The notes beneath the pieces are model-generated. The model worked only from the letters and a program-made list of their open reading frames with translations, did not search any database and had not been told where the DNA came from. A stretch of DNA of 64,000 bases from Candidatus Latescibacterota bacterium (GTDB lineage Bacteria > Latescibacterota > UBA2968): positions 2,752,001 through 2,816,000 of the forward strand of contig OZ242311.1 of the NCBI GenBank assembly GCA_965207885.1, written 5' to 3'. Both the position numbers and the translations under genes were made by a program. Within the stretch, counting starts at the first letter, position 1; each line of letters opens with the position of its first letter. Below, piece after piece: positions 19,537 through 30,307 of this stretch.

Positions 19537-20997
19537 TCACGGTTTTTGCACGACAAATTCCGGCCGTGGAATCATGCGTTCTGGATTCCGTTCGTAACCT
19601 CGTTTCCACAACTCCTCCACAAGCCTTCCACTTTTAGCCAGTTCTTGGCGAAGTGCCTGCTGGTCTGCCTTTGCCCTCTGATCAATCGCTTCCGGGCAGC
19701 ACACCTGGTATAGTATTCGCCGAAGCCGAGCCAGTTTCTGAGACGCATCGGGACGCTCCGCAAGATCTTGCATCTCCAAAGGATCCTCTGCAAGGTCAAA
19801 CAACATCGGTCTTTCCCCAACGCACGCTACATATTTATCTGAACCCGATCTAAGAGCAAATGCGCTTCCCGGAAGGCCCGGCCCATGGAATTCACTGATA
19901 GCGAATTCGGGAAGCGCCGCACCCGGCTCGCCCCTCAAGGATCCCAGCAAGGATGTCCCCCGCATGTGTGTTGGCGAAGGCAACTCCAGGGCTTCCGAGA
20001 ATGTCTGGAAAAGATCGAGATGTGAAACAGGTGCAGGCTCGGACCCTCCTGACTCTATGCCGGGTCCAGCCACGATCATGGGTACGCGAATTGAATCCTC
20101 ATACATCGATCCCATTCCGGAATTGCGATGTGCCCCCATGCTGCCACCGTGATCCGAAGCATAGGCGACCAGGGTCGAATCCCAGAGATTCTCGGTGTCT
20201 ATGGCTTTGAGCACGCGCCCCACGTTGCGATCTGCCATCTCACAGATGCCGTGGTAGCCTACCAGACCACGGCGCAACTCTTCGGATGTGCAAAGATCGC
20301 TGCACGTGTAACGAACAAAATCCCTGTGGAAGGGGTGCAGTCGAGAAACGGGTTCCGAATAGCGCTCGTCCAGGTCTTCGGTTCGCACCAGCGGATCGTA
20401 GTAATCCCATAGCTCCTGCGGCGGATTCCATCCGGGATGGGGCTGTTTGATATTCACTATCAGGACCCAGGGGCGATCTTGTGGGCGTTCATTCATCAGC
20501 CACTGTACCGCTTCTTCCACGACCTGCGCGTCGTGCTGGTGTTCCCCACGCCTACTTGCAGGACCCGCTTCCCGCAATCGATGCAGGTGATGGTATCGGG
20601 GTTGCACGCGGCCCTCTTCGAACAGCGTGTGTACGTCCAGACTCTCCCGTGCCTTGGCCAGGCGCATATCTTCCACTCCAGCATCACTGCCCGGTTTGTA
20701 ATCGAGCTTGCCAATGGTCGTAAGCACGACACCATTTTCTGCAAAGTAATGCCCCCAGCCTCTGGGCACTCCTGAATAGGGAAACGCATTGTCCCAGGTG
20801 GAGATTTCGTGAACATACCGTCCCGCCATCATCGCTCCCCGAGAAGGCGCGCACAGAGGACTTGGACAATAGGCACTGTCGAATCTCTTTCCTCGTCTGG
20901 CGAGCGCATCGATGTGAGGCGTACGGGTAATGGAACTACCGTAACAACCGGAAAACTCCGGGTTGTGTCGATCGGTCATGATATAAACGACATTCAT
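19537..20997 (-). CDS. Choline-sulfatase-like sulfatase
   Basis: MNVVYIMTDRH, CAPSR, SDHG, SMYEDS; GAGG RBS before ATG 20997. Confidence 0.92.
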   Translation of the reverse strand: MNVVYIMTDRHNPEFSGCYGSSITRTPHIDALARRGKRFDSAYCPSPLCAPSRGAMMAGRYVHEISTWDNAFPYSGVPRGWGHYFAENGVVLTTIGKLDYKPGSDAGVEDMRLAKARESLDVHTLFEEGRVQPRYHHLHRLREAGPASRRGEHQHDAQVVEEAVQWLMNERPQDRPWVLIVNIKQPHPGWNPPQELWDYYDPLVRTEDLDERYSEPVSRLHPFHRDFVRYTCSDLCTSEELRRGLVGYHGICEMADRNVGRVLKAIDTENLWDSTLVAYASDHGGSMGAHRNSGMGSMYEDSIRVPMIVAGPGIESGGSEPAPVSHLDLFQTFSEALELPSPTHMRGTSLLGSLRGEPGAALPEFAISEFHGPGLPGSAFALRSGSDKYVACVGERPMLFDLAEDPLEMQDLAERPDASQKLARLRRILYQVCCPEAIDQRAKADQQALRQELAKSGRLVEELWKRGYERNPERMIPRPEFVVQKP

Positions 20998-21034
20998 AGC
21001 AGTCACCTCGGTGCGCGTTGTCAATGTCGGCATC

Positions 21035-21853
21035 TTAAGCCGTTGGAACATATCCCAGCTGGTCGTTATGTGCCACAGCTTCGGGGAAGGTCTCGTGAAG
21101 GTGGTCGAGAACCATCTCAATCTTACACCTGCACAAAGAGCTGGGATAGGGCATCTCGCCGGTACGCCGGAAAAATGCCCCGTTCTTTTCGTGAAAATCA
21201 CCCCGCCGGTCCATGAACTGCCCCCAGTGTCCCATCGTGTATCGCATCTCTGTTCTTCTCTCAGCGCTCTGAATCCAGGCCTCGGGAAACAGCATTTGAA
21301 ACCGCGGTGCCGAATTCATCCAGCTGCCGCATCGAACCACTTTTACTTCCGGCCGATGTACTTTCGAATCTCTGAGCAGCCTGATTAGCGATGCCGCAAA
21401 CTGTATGTGCATATCGCTGAGGGGAGATTTTGGCTGGTAAACATTGGCAATATGAAGGCTCAACGAGTCCTCGTGCTTGTAGTCATGATTCCAACATTCG
21501 TGTGAACGATCGCCAGGTCTGGGCTGTTCGTTACCCAACGTGCGAATGCGCGCTTCCATAAGTGGCCAGAGGATCGCAAGTCCCCTGATCTCCACGGATT
21601 CACTATCATTACCATACTTGTCGAAGATTTCTCCCAATTTCCCTACAATGACGTTCCATTCGGGATCTTCGTCTCCCGCTGCCGGATGGTGGTTGCCGTT
21701 GTAGAGTGAGGTATTCCGGTACAGATTGACTCGCACGTTGACGGTATCTTCCAGATCGCCGAGATTTTCCTGCAGCCGTTTGTTCGCGTACCAAAGGCTC
21801 AACCGGGTGAATTCCCGAGCATAATGCACGCGAATCGGATCCAGATCGGACAT
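21035..21853 (-). CDS. Hypothetical protein, possibly DUF5596/GNAT-like acyltransferase-related
   Basis: LHIAN..SPL and CGSWMN resemble the iHIP..pl / cxSWLL motifs; lies within the operon. Confidence 0.4.
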   Translation of the reverse strand: MSDLDPIRVHYAREFTRLSLWYANKRLQENLGDLEDTVNVRVNLYRNTSLYNGNHHPAAGDEDPEWNVIVGKLGEIFDKYGNDSESVEIRGLAILWPLMEARIRTLGNEQPRPGDRSHECWNHDYKHEDSLSLHIANVYQPKSPLSDMHIQFAASLIRLLRDSKVHRPEVKVVRCGSWMNSAPRFQMLFPEAWIQSAERRTEMRYTMGHWGQFMDRRGDFHEKNGAFFRRTGEMPYPSSLCRCKIEMVLDHLHETFPEAVAHNDQLGYVPTA

Positions 21854-21881
21854 TGATTCTACCCCCGTTGTTCGTATTGCG

Positions 21882-24068
21882 TTAATCTTTTCCTCTGCCG
21901 GATTTTGCACCAAAATCCTGCCAGCCCCAATCCAGATGGATTCGGGGTATGGAAAACTCGTAATACCAGCGAATACTCACGGGTTCGTGTTGAGGTTCCA
22001 GGTATGCATAAAAAAGAGCAGATCGGCCCGTCACTTCATCCAGCATCCCTGCAGGCGTGAGTTCCGACAACAGGTTCGGATCCTCTTCCACTTCCAGGTA
22101 ACGCAGCAAATCATTTGTGTGGTTTTCGGCGCCGCTGGAATTCACCTGAACGGGTGTCTCATGTTCATTCCACCACGGCAAGTCCGATGCTGGTTGAGAT
22201 TCTCCGTCTGCCGCCTTTGCCCAGATCGGTGTACTCCAGGCAAACTCTCCATCGTTCTGGCGAAGCCGTATGTAGTAGGCATTCTCTTTGAGCGGATGCT
22301 CATCCACGTAAGTCAGATCTACGTCCAGCGTGTTCGGACGCCAGGTCTTCAAGCGTCGATCATTCCGGATGAGATCTACGCGCTGCACTGTTGAGCATGC
22401 GTGAGCTACCACGCGAATTCTGGCTGGGCCTGAAAGCTGTATCTCGCTACCAGCGGGATTGTCCTCTACCGAAACCATCAGAATGATTCGAGCCCCGGTC
22501 GTTGCAAAGGTTCGTTTTTCAGCGACAGCTTGCCAGATGGCCTTTCGTTCACAGTGAGTGGCCCACACACCTGCCAGAGGACCCGATCCAAATCCGGTGT
22601 CACGGATGTTGAGCACCTTGTTGAACCGACCCCGGAAGCAATGGGGAGCCATTGGGGCGCCCAGTGTGGGCAGATGGATATCTCCCGATCCGATAACGGC
22701 CGGTCGATAGCCGTACCTCAGTGCCTTCTGCAAGAGCCACTCGAAAGCGCCGTGACCGCTGGCCACTTCCAGCAGTGGTTCGACATTTGGCCGATATTTG
22801 TCCCAATTTGGCGGTCCCCCTCCAACGTGGGATTCAAGAAGAACATCCTCCCGATCTCCGTAGGTTTCCAGCAGGGTTTCCATCGACGAAAAGGTCGGCA
22901 GGTACCCATCTTCCATCTCCCGGAACACGACGTTTCGGTCCCCTCCGGAGCGCGTGTGAACTTCCGATGCCAGGAAGGGCACATATATTCCGGGCTCATC
23001 GTGATTGGTATATGCCTGTTGAAAGGCTTCCCACAGTTCAGGTTCGTCAGCCTGATCTGGTGGCGACATGGGGCCCGGAGCCGCAAAATCCAGCCGTCCC
23101 ACTTCGCGGGCTTGCCTGTGTCGGGCATCCGGATCCAACTTGAAGCTGGGCTCGTCCATCAGCGCCATGGACGTATCGCCCCAGGCGTGGGAGTGAAAGT
23201 CTCCCCAGAGCAGCCGGAAGTCCGGAGAATTCTGGCAGAATATCGGATTGCTTATGGCTCGAAGGTCTCCATCCCTCGCTTCAAAGCGATAAACGCCAGG
23301 GTGGTCAATCTGCACGTCCTCCAACCTCAGGACGCCGTTATGTACTGGCTCAAACACGGCTCGATCCGGCAGGCCCGATACATTGTCGGGGGCAGTTAAC
23401 TGGACGACGCCCCGATATTGTTCACACACATTTCGATGGATATCGAAAGCGACCAGATTGAGGTGAAAAGATTCGTCCTGTTCGACAATGGATGGTCCCA
23501 GGATTCGCAGCATATCTGCGGATGCTTCTGAAGTAATGCGAATCCGGATCTCCCCACCCGCGATGCTGACAAATTCACCACCGCCATTGCGATCTACCGC
23601 TGCCTCCAGTCGCGCCATTGTAGTCGAGTCATAAACTTCAGCACCTGGACCACCCCCGCAGCGATCACCGATTCGCAATCTGACCCAATCTCCTTTTCGA
23701 AGGATCCCTTTCGATACTCGGATTCTCGCAACTTCGGGTTCGTGACCGTGGTCGGAATTGACAGTCAGGTCCAGCCCGGCGTCAGAATTTGACTCCATTG
23801 TCACATAGTCGCGTCCCAGTGGGTTATTCAACTGAGGGACGTGGCCCATGAGGAATCCGCGGCGGAAGAAGCAGAATCCACCACCATCCTGCACATCCGC
23901 TGCAGCAGTAAATGTGATCTCCCATGTGCCGACTTTCCCGGCAGACAAATTGAATGTGGATCCCGATGCAACAGAACCATCTGCACCCCGAAACAGGACC
24001 TCAAATCCGTCGGGTTCATCCCCGGGAATCGAGGCATGGATCCACTCTATGCGAGCGTTTTTTGACAT
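21882..24068 (-). CDS. DUF3604 / PHP-fold metallohydrolase
   Basis: WGDFHSH, EVASGHG, GSGDIH, RTFATTG, YYIRLRQNDGEFAWSTPIW. Confidence 0.85.
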   Translation of the reverse strand: MSKNARIEWIHASIPGDEPDGFEVLFRGADGSVASGSTFNLSAGKVGTWEITFTAAADVQDGGGFCFFRRGFLMGHVPQLNNPLGRDYVTMESNSDAGLDLTVNSDHGHEPEVARIRVSKGILRKGDWVRLRIGDRCGGGPGAEVYDSTTMARLEAAVDRNGGGEFVSIAGGEIRIRITSEASADMLRILGPSIVEQDESFHLNLVAFDIHRNVCEQYRGVVQLTAPDNVSGLPDRAVFEPVHNGVLRLEDVQIDHPGVYRFEARDGDLRAISNPIFCQNSPDFRLLWGDFHSHAWGDTSMALMDEPSFKLDPDARHRQAREVGRLDFAAPGPMSPPDQADEPELWEAFQQAYTNHDEPGIYVPFLASEVHTRSGGDRNVVFREMEDGYLPTFSSMETLLETYGDREDVLLESHVGGGPPNWDKYRPNVEPLLEVASGHGAFEWLLQKALRYGYRPAVIGSGDIHLPTLGAPMAPHCFRGRFNKVLNIRDTGFGSGPLAGVWATHCERKAIWQAVAEKRTFATTGARIILMVSVEDNPAGSEIQLSGPARIRVVAHACSTVQRVDLIRNDRRLKTWRPNTLDVDLTYVDEHPLKENAYYIRLRQNDGEFAWSTPIWAKAADGESQPASDLPWWNEHETPVQVNSSGAENHTNDLLRYLEVEEDPNLLSELTPAGMLDEVTGRSALFYAYLEPQHEPVSIRWYYEFSIPRIHLDWGWQDFGAKSGRGKD

Positions 24069-25348
24069 ACGGTATCATCCGTTAATTCAGAAAGCCGCGA
24101 ACGGTTGTCATATACCTTCTGAAATGCCTCTGCCGTTTGTTCGACCCAGATCGGATCGGGATCTACAGGGGTAGATAGCCAGAAGCACGTGCTATGTATC
24201 CTTTCGCTGATCGGCAGGCTGCCCGGTCGATACGATTTTCTCGCGTTATCTGGAAGATATCCCCAGGGACCCCCAAGGCCCTCGAATGAGAAATCGTTGA
24301 ACAGTGACTCCAGATGCATTACACCATACCCGTAAGGCGTTATCTCCGGCTTTGTCCGCACTCCTTCGGCTACCAGCGCTTCCAGAACCTTCGACACGGG
24401 TACTCCATAGGCTTCGGGATCGACCAGACCCGCATACAACAAGAGACCGCCGCGGGTAGCCTTTGGATAGGCCTTCTGAGTCTCAACCCCCTCTACATTC
24501 TCGAGAAGCTCGTCCATTTGTGCAAACCACTTTCGGCGCTTTTCGTTGAGCTCTGAAAGGCGTTCGAGCCGCCCCCGAGCCATCGCGATACCAAAAGGAT
24601 TCGCTCTGTATTTGACGCCCAGGCCCATGTTGTGCAATCCCTTAAACCGATCGGTTTTCCACGATCCCCCGCAACGACCGTACTGTCCCAATGCCATCAT
24701 CTGATCATAGAGATCATCGTCATCTGTCACCACCACCCCGGCCTCCAATCCCGTAACTGGCTTGCTGCCCTGCAGGCTGAAGCATCCAATGTGGCCAATG
24801 CTGCCCACTGGCTTGCCATCCCACAGAGCGCCGTGTGCGTGAGAGGCGTCTTCAATCAGCTTGATATCGGTTCCGGCGATCAGGTCCAGCAGTCCATCCA
24901 TATCCGCCGGATTCCCATAGACGTGTGTGACGACAATCGCGCATGTCCTGTCTGTGATTCGTTGCTTTACATCTTCCGGATCCGCACAGAAGGTGTTCGG
25001 ATCTACTTCGCAGAATACTGGTGTTGCGCCGCAGTGGAGGATGGGTGAAATCGTGGCATGCCAGGTGACCGATGGCACGATCACTTCTTTGCCAACACCG
25101 GCACCTGCAGCAAAAATGGCCGAGTGCAAAGCTGCGGTTCCGTTGCACGTACAGATCGCGTGCTGGGTCTTTACCAGTTTGCTGAAACCAGATTCGAAGA
25201 GCTCGAGATGTCGCCGGGCTGTGTTCGGATCGTCCAGTACCTCGTTCACGTACGACTTTTCGAGCGGGCCGATATTTTCCCACCCATCTCCTACCGGAGC
25301 CGTAACGGCCTTTGGGCCCCCTTCAATTGCCAGAAGTGATTGTGCCAT
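24047..25348 (-). CDS. DegT/DnrJ/EryC1/StrS PLP-dependent aminotransferase
   Basis: NGTAALH, IEDASHAHGA, FSLQGSK (PLP lysine). Confidence 0.95.
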   Translation of the reverse strand: MAQSLLAIEGGPKAVTAPVGDGWENIGPLEKSYVNEVLDDPNTARRHLELFESGFSKLVKTQHAICTCNGTAALHSAIFAAGAGVGKEVIVPSVTWHATISPILHCGATPVFCEVDPNTFCADPEDVKQRITDRTCAIVVTHVYGNPADMDGLLDLIAGTDIKLIEDASHAHGALWDGKPVGSIGHIGCFSLQGSKPVTGLEAGVVVTDDDDLYDQMMALGQYGRCGGSWKTDRFKGLHNMGLGVKYRANPFGIAMARGRLERLSELNEKRRKWFAQMDELLENVEGVETQKAYPKATRGGLLLYAGLVDPEAYGVPVSKVLEALVAEGVRTKPEITPYGYGVMHLESLFNDFSFEGLGGPWGYLPDNARKSYRPGSLPISERIHSTCFWLSTPVDPDPIWVEQTAEAFQKVYDNRSRLSELTDDTVCQKTLA

Positions 25349-25406
25349 GGTATTCTCCTAAAGTAATCTTTACCCTGGTTGAGATTTTTGGAATCAAAAA
25401 AGGTTC

Positions 25407-26786
25407 TTATCCGTCCAGCCCTCTATTCCATTTGTATAAAAGCCATTTGCTCAGCGCCTGCCCATCTCCAATTTGCCACGCCCAATCTTCGAGTTTCCCG
25501 AACAGCGTCCGCAGCACTTCTTCCAGCCCGGGTTCGCGGAGCCTGTTGTTTATTTCGTCTGGATCAGTGGGACGATGATAGAGTTCCGGAGGTCGCTCTG
25601 AGTTGACGATCAGTTTCCATTCATTTGTTACAATACACCTTTCAAACATCGTAGGGTCACTTTCCGGAGGACAGTAGAGACCATCCTGACGATATGGATG
25701 GTTCTGAATATAAACAGAGTCACGCCATGGACCTTTGCCAGAAAGCAGGAGTTCTCTCGCGCTGCGACCGTGCAGGCCATCGGGAATGTCTAGCCCGCAG
25801 AGATCCAGGATGGTGGGCACCAGGTCTGCGTGACTGACGAGTTCGCTTCGGACTCCAGGTTTGATCTTTCCGATCCAGTAGAAGATCAGAGGAATTCTGC
25901 TCGCCGTGTCGTAGCAATTCCGTTTTGGCTGAGGATTCCATCGGTAGACAAAATCATGCCCGTGATCCGATGTATATACAATCAAGGTGTTTTGCTCGAG
26001 GCCCAAAGTATTCAGGACATCCACCATCCGGCCAACGTTTTCATCAATTCTGTTAACCATTGCATAGTACGTGGGGTACTGGACCTTTCCCTGAAATCGC
26101 TCGCAGTTTTTCGGGGGAGCGGTCCACGGTGTGTGCGGAGGCCGGAAAGATACGATCAAGCAGAATGGATTCTGGTGGTGTTCGCGAATAAACTGGATTC
26201 CGCGGTCGAACTCGAAGTCAACACGGTACTCGCCTGGTTCTTCACGACCAAAATCGGGAATTGCAGACTCGTGATTGTCGGGCACGGTCCATTTCTTCAT
26301 GGGCTCTCCAACCCATTGTGATTCACTCCCGTCATGACCTTGCCAGACATCAAAGTAGTCCGGAGGAGGCTGGATCGGTCTTCCCGATACAGGTCGATCG
26401 AAAGGCTCAGGCGTCGGACCCAGATGCCATTTACCGACGTAGCCGGTGGTGTAACCCATATCGTGCAGGAGCCTCGGAAAAGATGTTGTGTGGTCGGTCA
26501 AAGTCACATCGTTGTCCCAGACCTCAGTCTTGTGGGGAAATAGTCCCGTCAGGATTGAAGATCGGGCCGCGGAACAGAGAGGCTGGGTCACAAAAGCCGA
26601 TTCAAAACAGGCACCTTCACTTGCCAGTCGGTCGATATGAGGAGAAATTGCATTCCGATTGCCGTAACATCCCAATGAATCAAACCTCTGTTGATCAGGA
26701 AGGATCAGGATGATGTTGGGAGGTCTCCCTTCTGTCTCACCTATATTTTTATCTCTGGTCCAATCGTCCGATTGCCGCTGATCCAT
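25407..26786 (-). CDS. Cys-type sulfatase
   Basis: PPNIILILPDQQRFD, CSAAR, GKWHL, PPHTP, SDHG. Confidence 0.93.
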   Translation of the reverse strand: MDQRQSDDWTRDKNIGETEGRPPNIILILPDQQRFDSLGCYGNRNAISPHIDRLASEGACFESAFVTQPLCSAARSSILTGLFPHKTEVWDNDVTLTDHTTSFPRLLHDMGYTTGYVGKWHLGPTPEPFDRPVSGRPIQPPPDYFDVWQGHDGSESQWVGEPMKKWTVPDNHESAIPDFGREEPGEYRVDFEFDRGIQFIREHHQNPFCLIVSFRPPHTPWTAPPKNCERFQGKVQYPTYYAMVNRIDENVGRMVDVLNTLGLEQNTLIVYTSDHGHDFVYRWNPQPKRNCYDTASRIPLIFYWIGKIKPGVRSELVSHADLVPTILDLCGLDIPDGLHGRSARELLLSGKGPWRDSVYIQNHPYRQDGLYCPPESDPTMFERCIVTNEWKLIVNSERPPELYHRPTDPDEINNRLREPGLEEVLRTLFGKLEDWAWQIGDGQALSKWLLYKWNRGLDG

Positions 26787-26861
26787 CTCCTATCTCCTAT
26801 TTTCCAATGCCAGAATTCGACCCGAGAGCCAGTCGGTCTGTTTTATACGCAGAGACTCAAG

Positions 26862-29132
26862 TCAGAGATGCCCGCCAGACTCCAGGATACGCTCTTCCAC
26901 TCTGGGAGGGGTCGGTCGGAGTCCAAAATCTCTCCACCCCCAGTCCACATGGATTTTGGGCATGTCGAATTCAAAATACCAGCGAATACTGATGGGATCT
27001 CGATCGATACCAAAATATCCGAGGAAAAGCGCACATTTTCCGGTGACTTCCTCGATTACGTCGAAAGGGGTCAGATCGTGAAACTCTTCAATCTCTTCTT
27101 CCACCTCCAGGTAACGGTGCAGATCGGCTTCGTAAGACTCCGCCTGGTTGGGCCTGAGGCTCGTGAGATCAAGAGGCTCGTGCGCGTTCCACCTGGGCAG
27201 GTCATATTGCTCAGATCCATCCGGACAGAAGGTCCAGATTGGCGTGGACCATGCGTATTCACCGTCGATTTGGCGGAGACGAACGTAATAGGCTCCCTCT
27301 CGCAGCGGTATCTCGTCGGTGTGGGTCAGATCTATATCGAGTGCATCGGGATGCCATGAGTGGAGACAACGGTCATTCCGAATCAAGTCTATTCGCTGCA
27401 CGGGAGCACAGGCGTGCGCGCAAATAGTGATCTCAGCAGGCGCCGAGATTTTGGCCTCGCTGCCCGCAGTGTGTCCGTTGACATCTACGGTCAGGATGAT
27501 GCGCGCCCCAGTGGTGGCGAAGGTGCGCCGATCCCGAATTGCCTTCCAGATTTCGTTACGCTCGCAGCGCGCTGCCCAAACGGCGGCGATCGGTCCGTTC
27601 CCATACCCGGTGTCTCGGAAGTTCAAACCAACATTGTGCCACCTCCCGAAGTAGTCTTTGGCGGCGATTGGAGCGCCCATCGTAGTAAGGTGGGTGTCCC
27701 CCGATCCAATAACGGCTGGGCGAAAGCCACAGCGCAGGGCCCACTGGAGCACCCATTCAAAGCAGCCATGCCCGCTGGCGACCTCAAGAAGCGGCTCGTG
27801 ACTGGGACGATAATCGTACCATTGGGGGGGACCACCCCCGATGTGGGCTTCAAGGATCACATCCTCTCGATCTCCAAACTCGGCCATCACTTCGTCCATG
27901 GTGCAGAAGGTGGGGGGATAGGTTTCAGTCCATTCACGGTAGATCACGTTCCGATCCCCTCCAGGTCTCGGGTGAACCTCTGAAGCGAGAAAAGGAACGT
28001 AAGTCCCCGGCTCATCGTTGTTCCGATAGGCTTGCTGATAGGCACGCCACAGCTCTGGTCGATCCTCCTGGATTGGCGGAACGGCCGGTCCCGGCGCTCC
28101 AAAGTCCAGCCGGCCGACTCTCCGCAACTGTTCGTGTCTCCGCTCAGGATGAATCTTGAAGGTGGGATCGTCCAGTAGCGACATGCTAATGTCGCCCCAT
28201 CCGTGACAATGGAGATCTCCCCAGAGGAGACGGCGGTCGTGCTGTTCCTTGCAGAGGATGGGATTGCTCACTGCCCTTAGACCGTGGCGTTTGTCTTCCG
28301 CGATCAGACGGATAAGGCCGGGTTCTGATATGCGAATGTCTTCCAGAATCACGAGCCCGCTGTCACTGGAGCCCAACGAGATGGATTTGGGCAAACCCTC
28401 AACCGCTGAAATCGGACCAGAGAAGGTCACTCGACCCTCAAATTGTTCGCAGATATTGTGGTTTGCATCGAAGGCCATCAGATGCAGTGCAAAGGCCTCA
28501 TCGGGCGTAACGATCGACGGGCCCAGAAGCCGAAGCAGCGCCGGCACAGGATTGGATGTGATGTGAATCCTGCAAGGATTGCAGGCCAGTTCCCGATAGA
28601 CGCCATCCCCTGTCCGATCCACGGCGCTGGTAATCCGCCCCAGAGTCGTTCCATCATAAACGGCGCTCCCCGCGCCTCCATAGCTCGAATCGCCAATCTG
28701 AATGGTGAAGGAATCACCGGTTTTCATCTCACCCTCATCGACCAGCACCTGGGCGAATCCCGGACGGTGGGACTGCTTTTCTGAATTGACGATCAGGCGT
28801 AAGGTCGCATCACATTGGGTTTTTAGAGTGACGAAATCACGTCCCTCTGGGTTGTAGTCCTGAATTCGATGCGAGAACAGAAACGAGTGCCGCTGAAAAA
28901 GAAAACCGCCGCCGGCAGTTATGGTTTCTGATGCGGTGGCAGTAATCTTCCACATCCCCAACTTGCCTGCGGGCAATTCCAGATCGTGCCCACAGCTACG
29001 TGAGCCGTCACTTCCGTGAAATTCGACCTCGAGCATCGGGCTCGTTACCCGGCACAGGTTGGACTGTGATGCTGACGCGCTGCACTCGTGATTTCGGCAT
29101 AGGTTCTCCTCAACAGCCGTTCGACGAATCAC
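26862..29132 (-). CDS. DUF3604 / PHP-fold metallohydrolase, paralog of 21882..24068 (start may be ATG 29036)
   Basis: WGDLHCH, EVASGHG, GSGDTH, RTFATTG, AWSTPIW; shared C-terminal SIRWY.EF..P.IH.DWGW.DFG. Confidence 0.85.
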   Translation of the reverse strand: MIRRTAVEENLCRNHECSASASQSNLCRVTSPMLEVEFHGSDGSRSCGHDLELPAGKLGMWKITATASETITAGGGFLFQRHSFLFSHRIQDYNPEGRDFVTLKTQCDATLRLIVNSEKQSHRPGFAQVLVDEGEMKTGDSFTIQIGDSSYGGAGSAVYDGTTLGRITSAVDRTGDGVYRELACNPCRIHITSNPVPALLRLLGPSIVTPDEAFALHLMAFDANHNICEQFEGRVTFSGPISAVEGLPKSISLGSSDSGLVILEDIRISEPGLIRLIAEDKRHGLRAVSNPILCKEQHDRRLLWGDLHCHGWGDISMSLLDDPTFKIHPERRHEQLRRVGRLDFGAPGPAVPPIQEDRPELWRAYQQAYRNNDEPGTYVPFLASEVHPRPGGDRNVIYREWTETYPPTFCTMDEVMAEFGDREDVILEAHIGGGPPQWYDYRPSHEPLLEVASGHGCFEWVLQWALRCGFRPAVIGSGDTHLTTMGAPIAAKDYFGRWHNVGLNFRDTGYGNGPIAAVWAARCERNEIWKAIRDRRTFATTGARIILTVDVNGHTAGSEAKISAPAEITICAHACAPVQRIDLIRNDRCLHSWHPDALDIDLTHTDEIPLREGAYYVRLRQIDGEYAWSTPIWTFCPDGSEQYDLPRWNAHEPLDLTSLRPNQAESYEADLHRYLEVEEEIEEFHDLTPFDVIEEVTGKCALFLGYFGIDRDPISIRWYFEFDMPKIHVDWGWRDFGLRPTPPRVEERILESGGHL

Positions 29133-29189
29133 GGTGCCAGAACAAGTTCATGTTCAAGATTCGGTGGATGGGATTCATTTGCAATGTGA

Positions 29190-30218
29190 TCAGAGACCAC
29201 CGTTCCTCCATTTGTCCAGAACATCACTGGCGACTTTCATGTTGAACTGATGTCCGCCATCAAATTGATCGACAAATAACTGATCCGAAGCGCCGGCTGC
29301 CCCATATGCCTTCCGCACTCTGACCAGGGCTCTCTCCGCCCATTCGTGTGGCGCCAGTCGATCCTCCAACCCCCATTCAATCACCATAGGGCGGGGGGCG
29401 ATGAGAGAGAAGATCTCCGGCGTATCCCCATACTGGAGAAGTCCCGGGATGAGTTGTGCGCCGCACTTCTTCAAAGCCTGATAACGTTCCTGGTACATGC
29501 TCAGACAGCCCGAGGGTACGGCAATCTTGACCCGTGAATCAAAAGCAGAGATCATCATGGCCATTCGACCTCCGAGCGAAATCCCTGCACAGCCAAGCAT
29601 CTCACTGTCGATATAATCAAGGGACTGAAGCACATCGAGTGCCGCCTGTAGATCGCACAGATGTAGTGCCACAACGGTTGTGCCCATCAGCGTTGCACAA
29701 AGGTAGTTGCGCATGCAATAGTCAACCCGGGGATTTGGATAATTGGACCGTCGTTCGCCAAACCCGCGTAGATCGGGCATCAGGGTGACGTAGCCCTGCT
29801 GTGCGAATTTCTGGCCGAAGTTGTATCCCTTCGTTACAATTTCTTCTTTCCGCTCGGGTGAATTGTCGATCCCCGCCACACCATCTTTCCCAAACTGGCT
29901 GTGCCCGTGCAGGCAAAGGAGACCCGGAGTCCGATTCTGTAACTCCTTGGGAACGAGCAAATAAGCCGGTACGAACACGTCCAGCTCCGTCTGGTAGCGA
30001 ATGCGATAGCGTACGTGGTCCCCACAATCCGTTTCAGTCAGGAATTCCAGAGAAAGATCCGATCGTTCCGGGCGAAGGCCCAACAGTTCCACTACTGTTG
30101 ATCGAAATCGATCCTGCCACCTCTCCAGTTCATCGACCGTTGAGCCGTCGAATAGCATTGAAGGCTCAAACTGATCCAGCAGTTGCGAAAGGTCATCTTC
30201 GAAGATGATGGGTCTCAT
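29190..30218 (-). CDS. Alpha/beta hydrolase (Abhydrolase_7 / dienelactone hydrolase-like)
   Basis: LCLHGH, PDLRGFGER, GISLGG, SLIAPRP, GGH. Confidence 0.88.
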   Translation of the reverse strand: MRPIIFEDDLSQLLDQFEPSMLFDGSTVDELERWQDRFRSTVVELLGLRPERSDLSLEFLTETDCGDHVRYRIRYQTELDVFVPAYLLVPKELQNRTPGLLCLHGHSQFGKDGVAGIDNSPERKEEIVTKGYNFGQKFAQQGYVTLMPDLRGFGERRSNYPNPRVDYCMRNYLCATLMGTTVVALHLCDLQAALDVLQSLDYIDSEMLGCAGISLGGRMAMMISAFDSRVKIAVPSGCLSMYQERYQALKKCGAQLIPGLLQYGDTPEIFSLIAPRPMVIEWGLEDRLAPHEWAERALVRVRKAYGAAGASDQLFVDQFDGGHQFNMKVASDVLDKWRNGGL

Positions 30219-30307
30219 TGTCCAGTCTCGGTAGTATAAAATTTAATTCAGAAAAGCACAAGCGAATCCAAATCTCTTTGGGATTCCCGGGATTCTTTGG
30301 TTGCGGG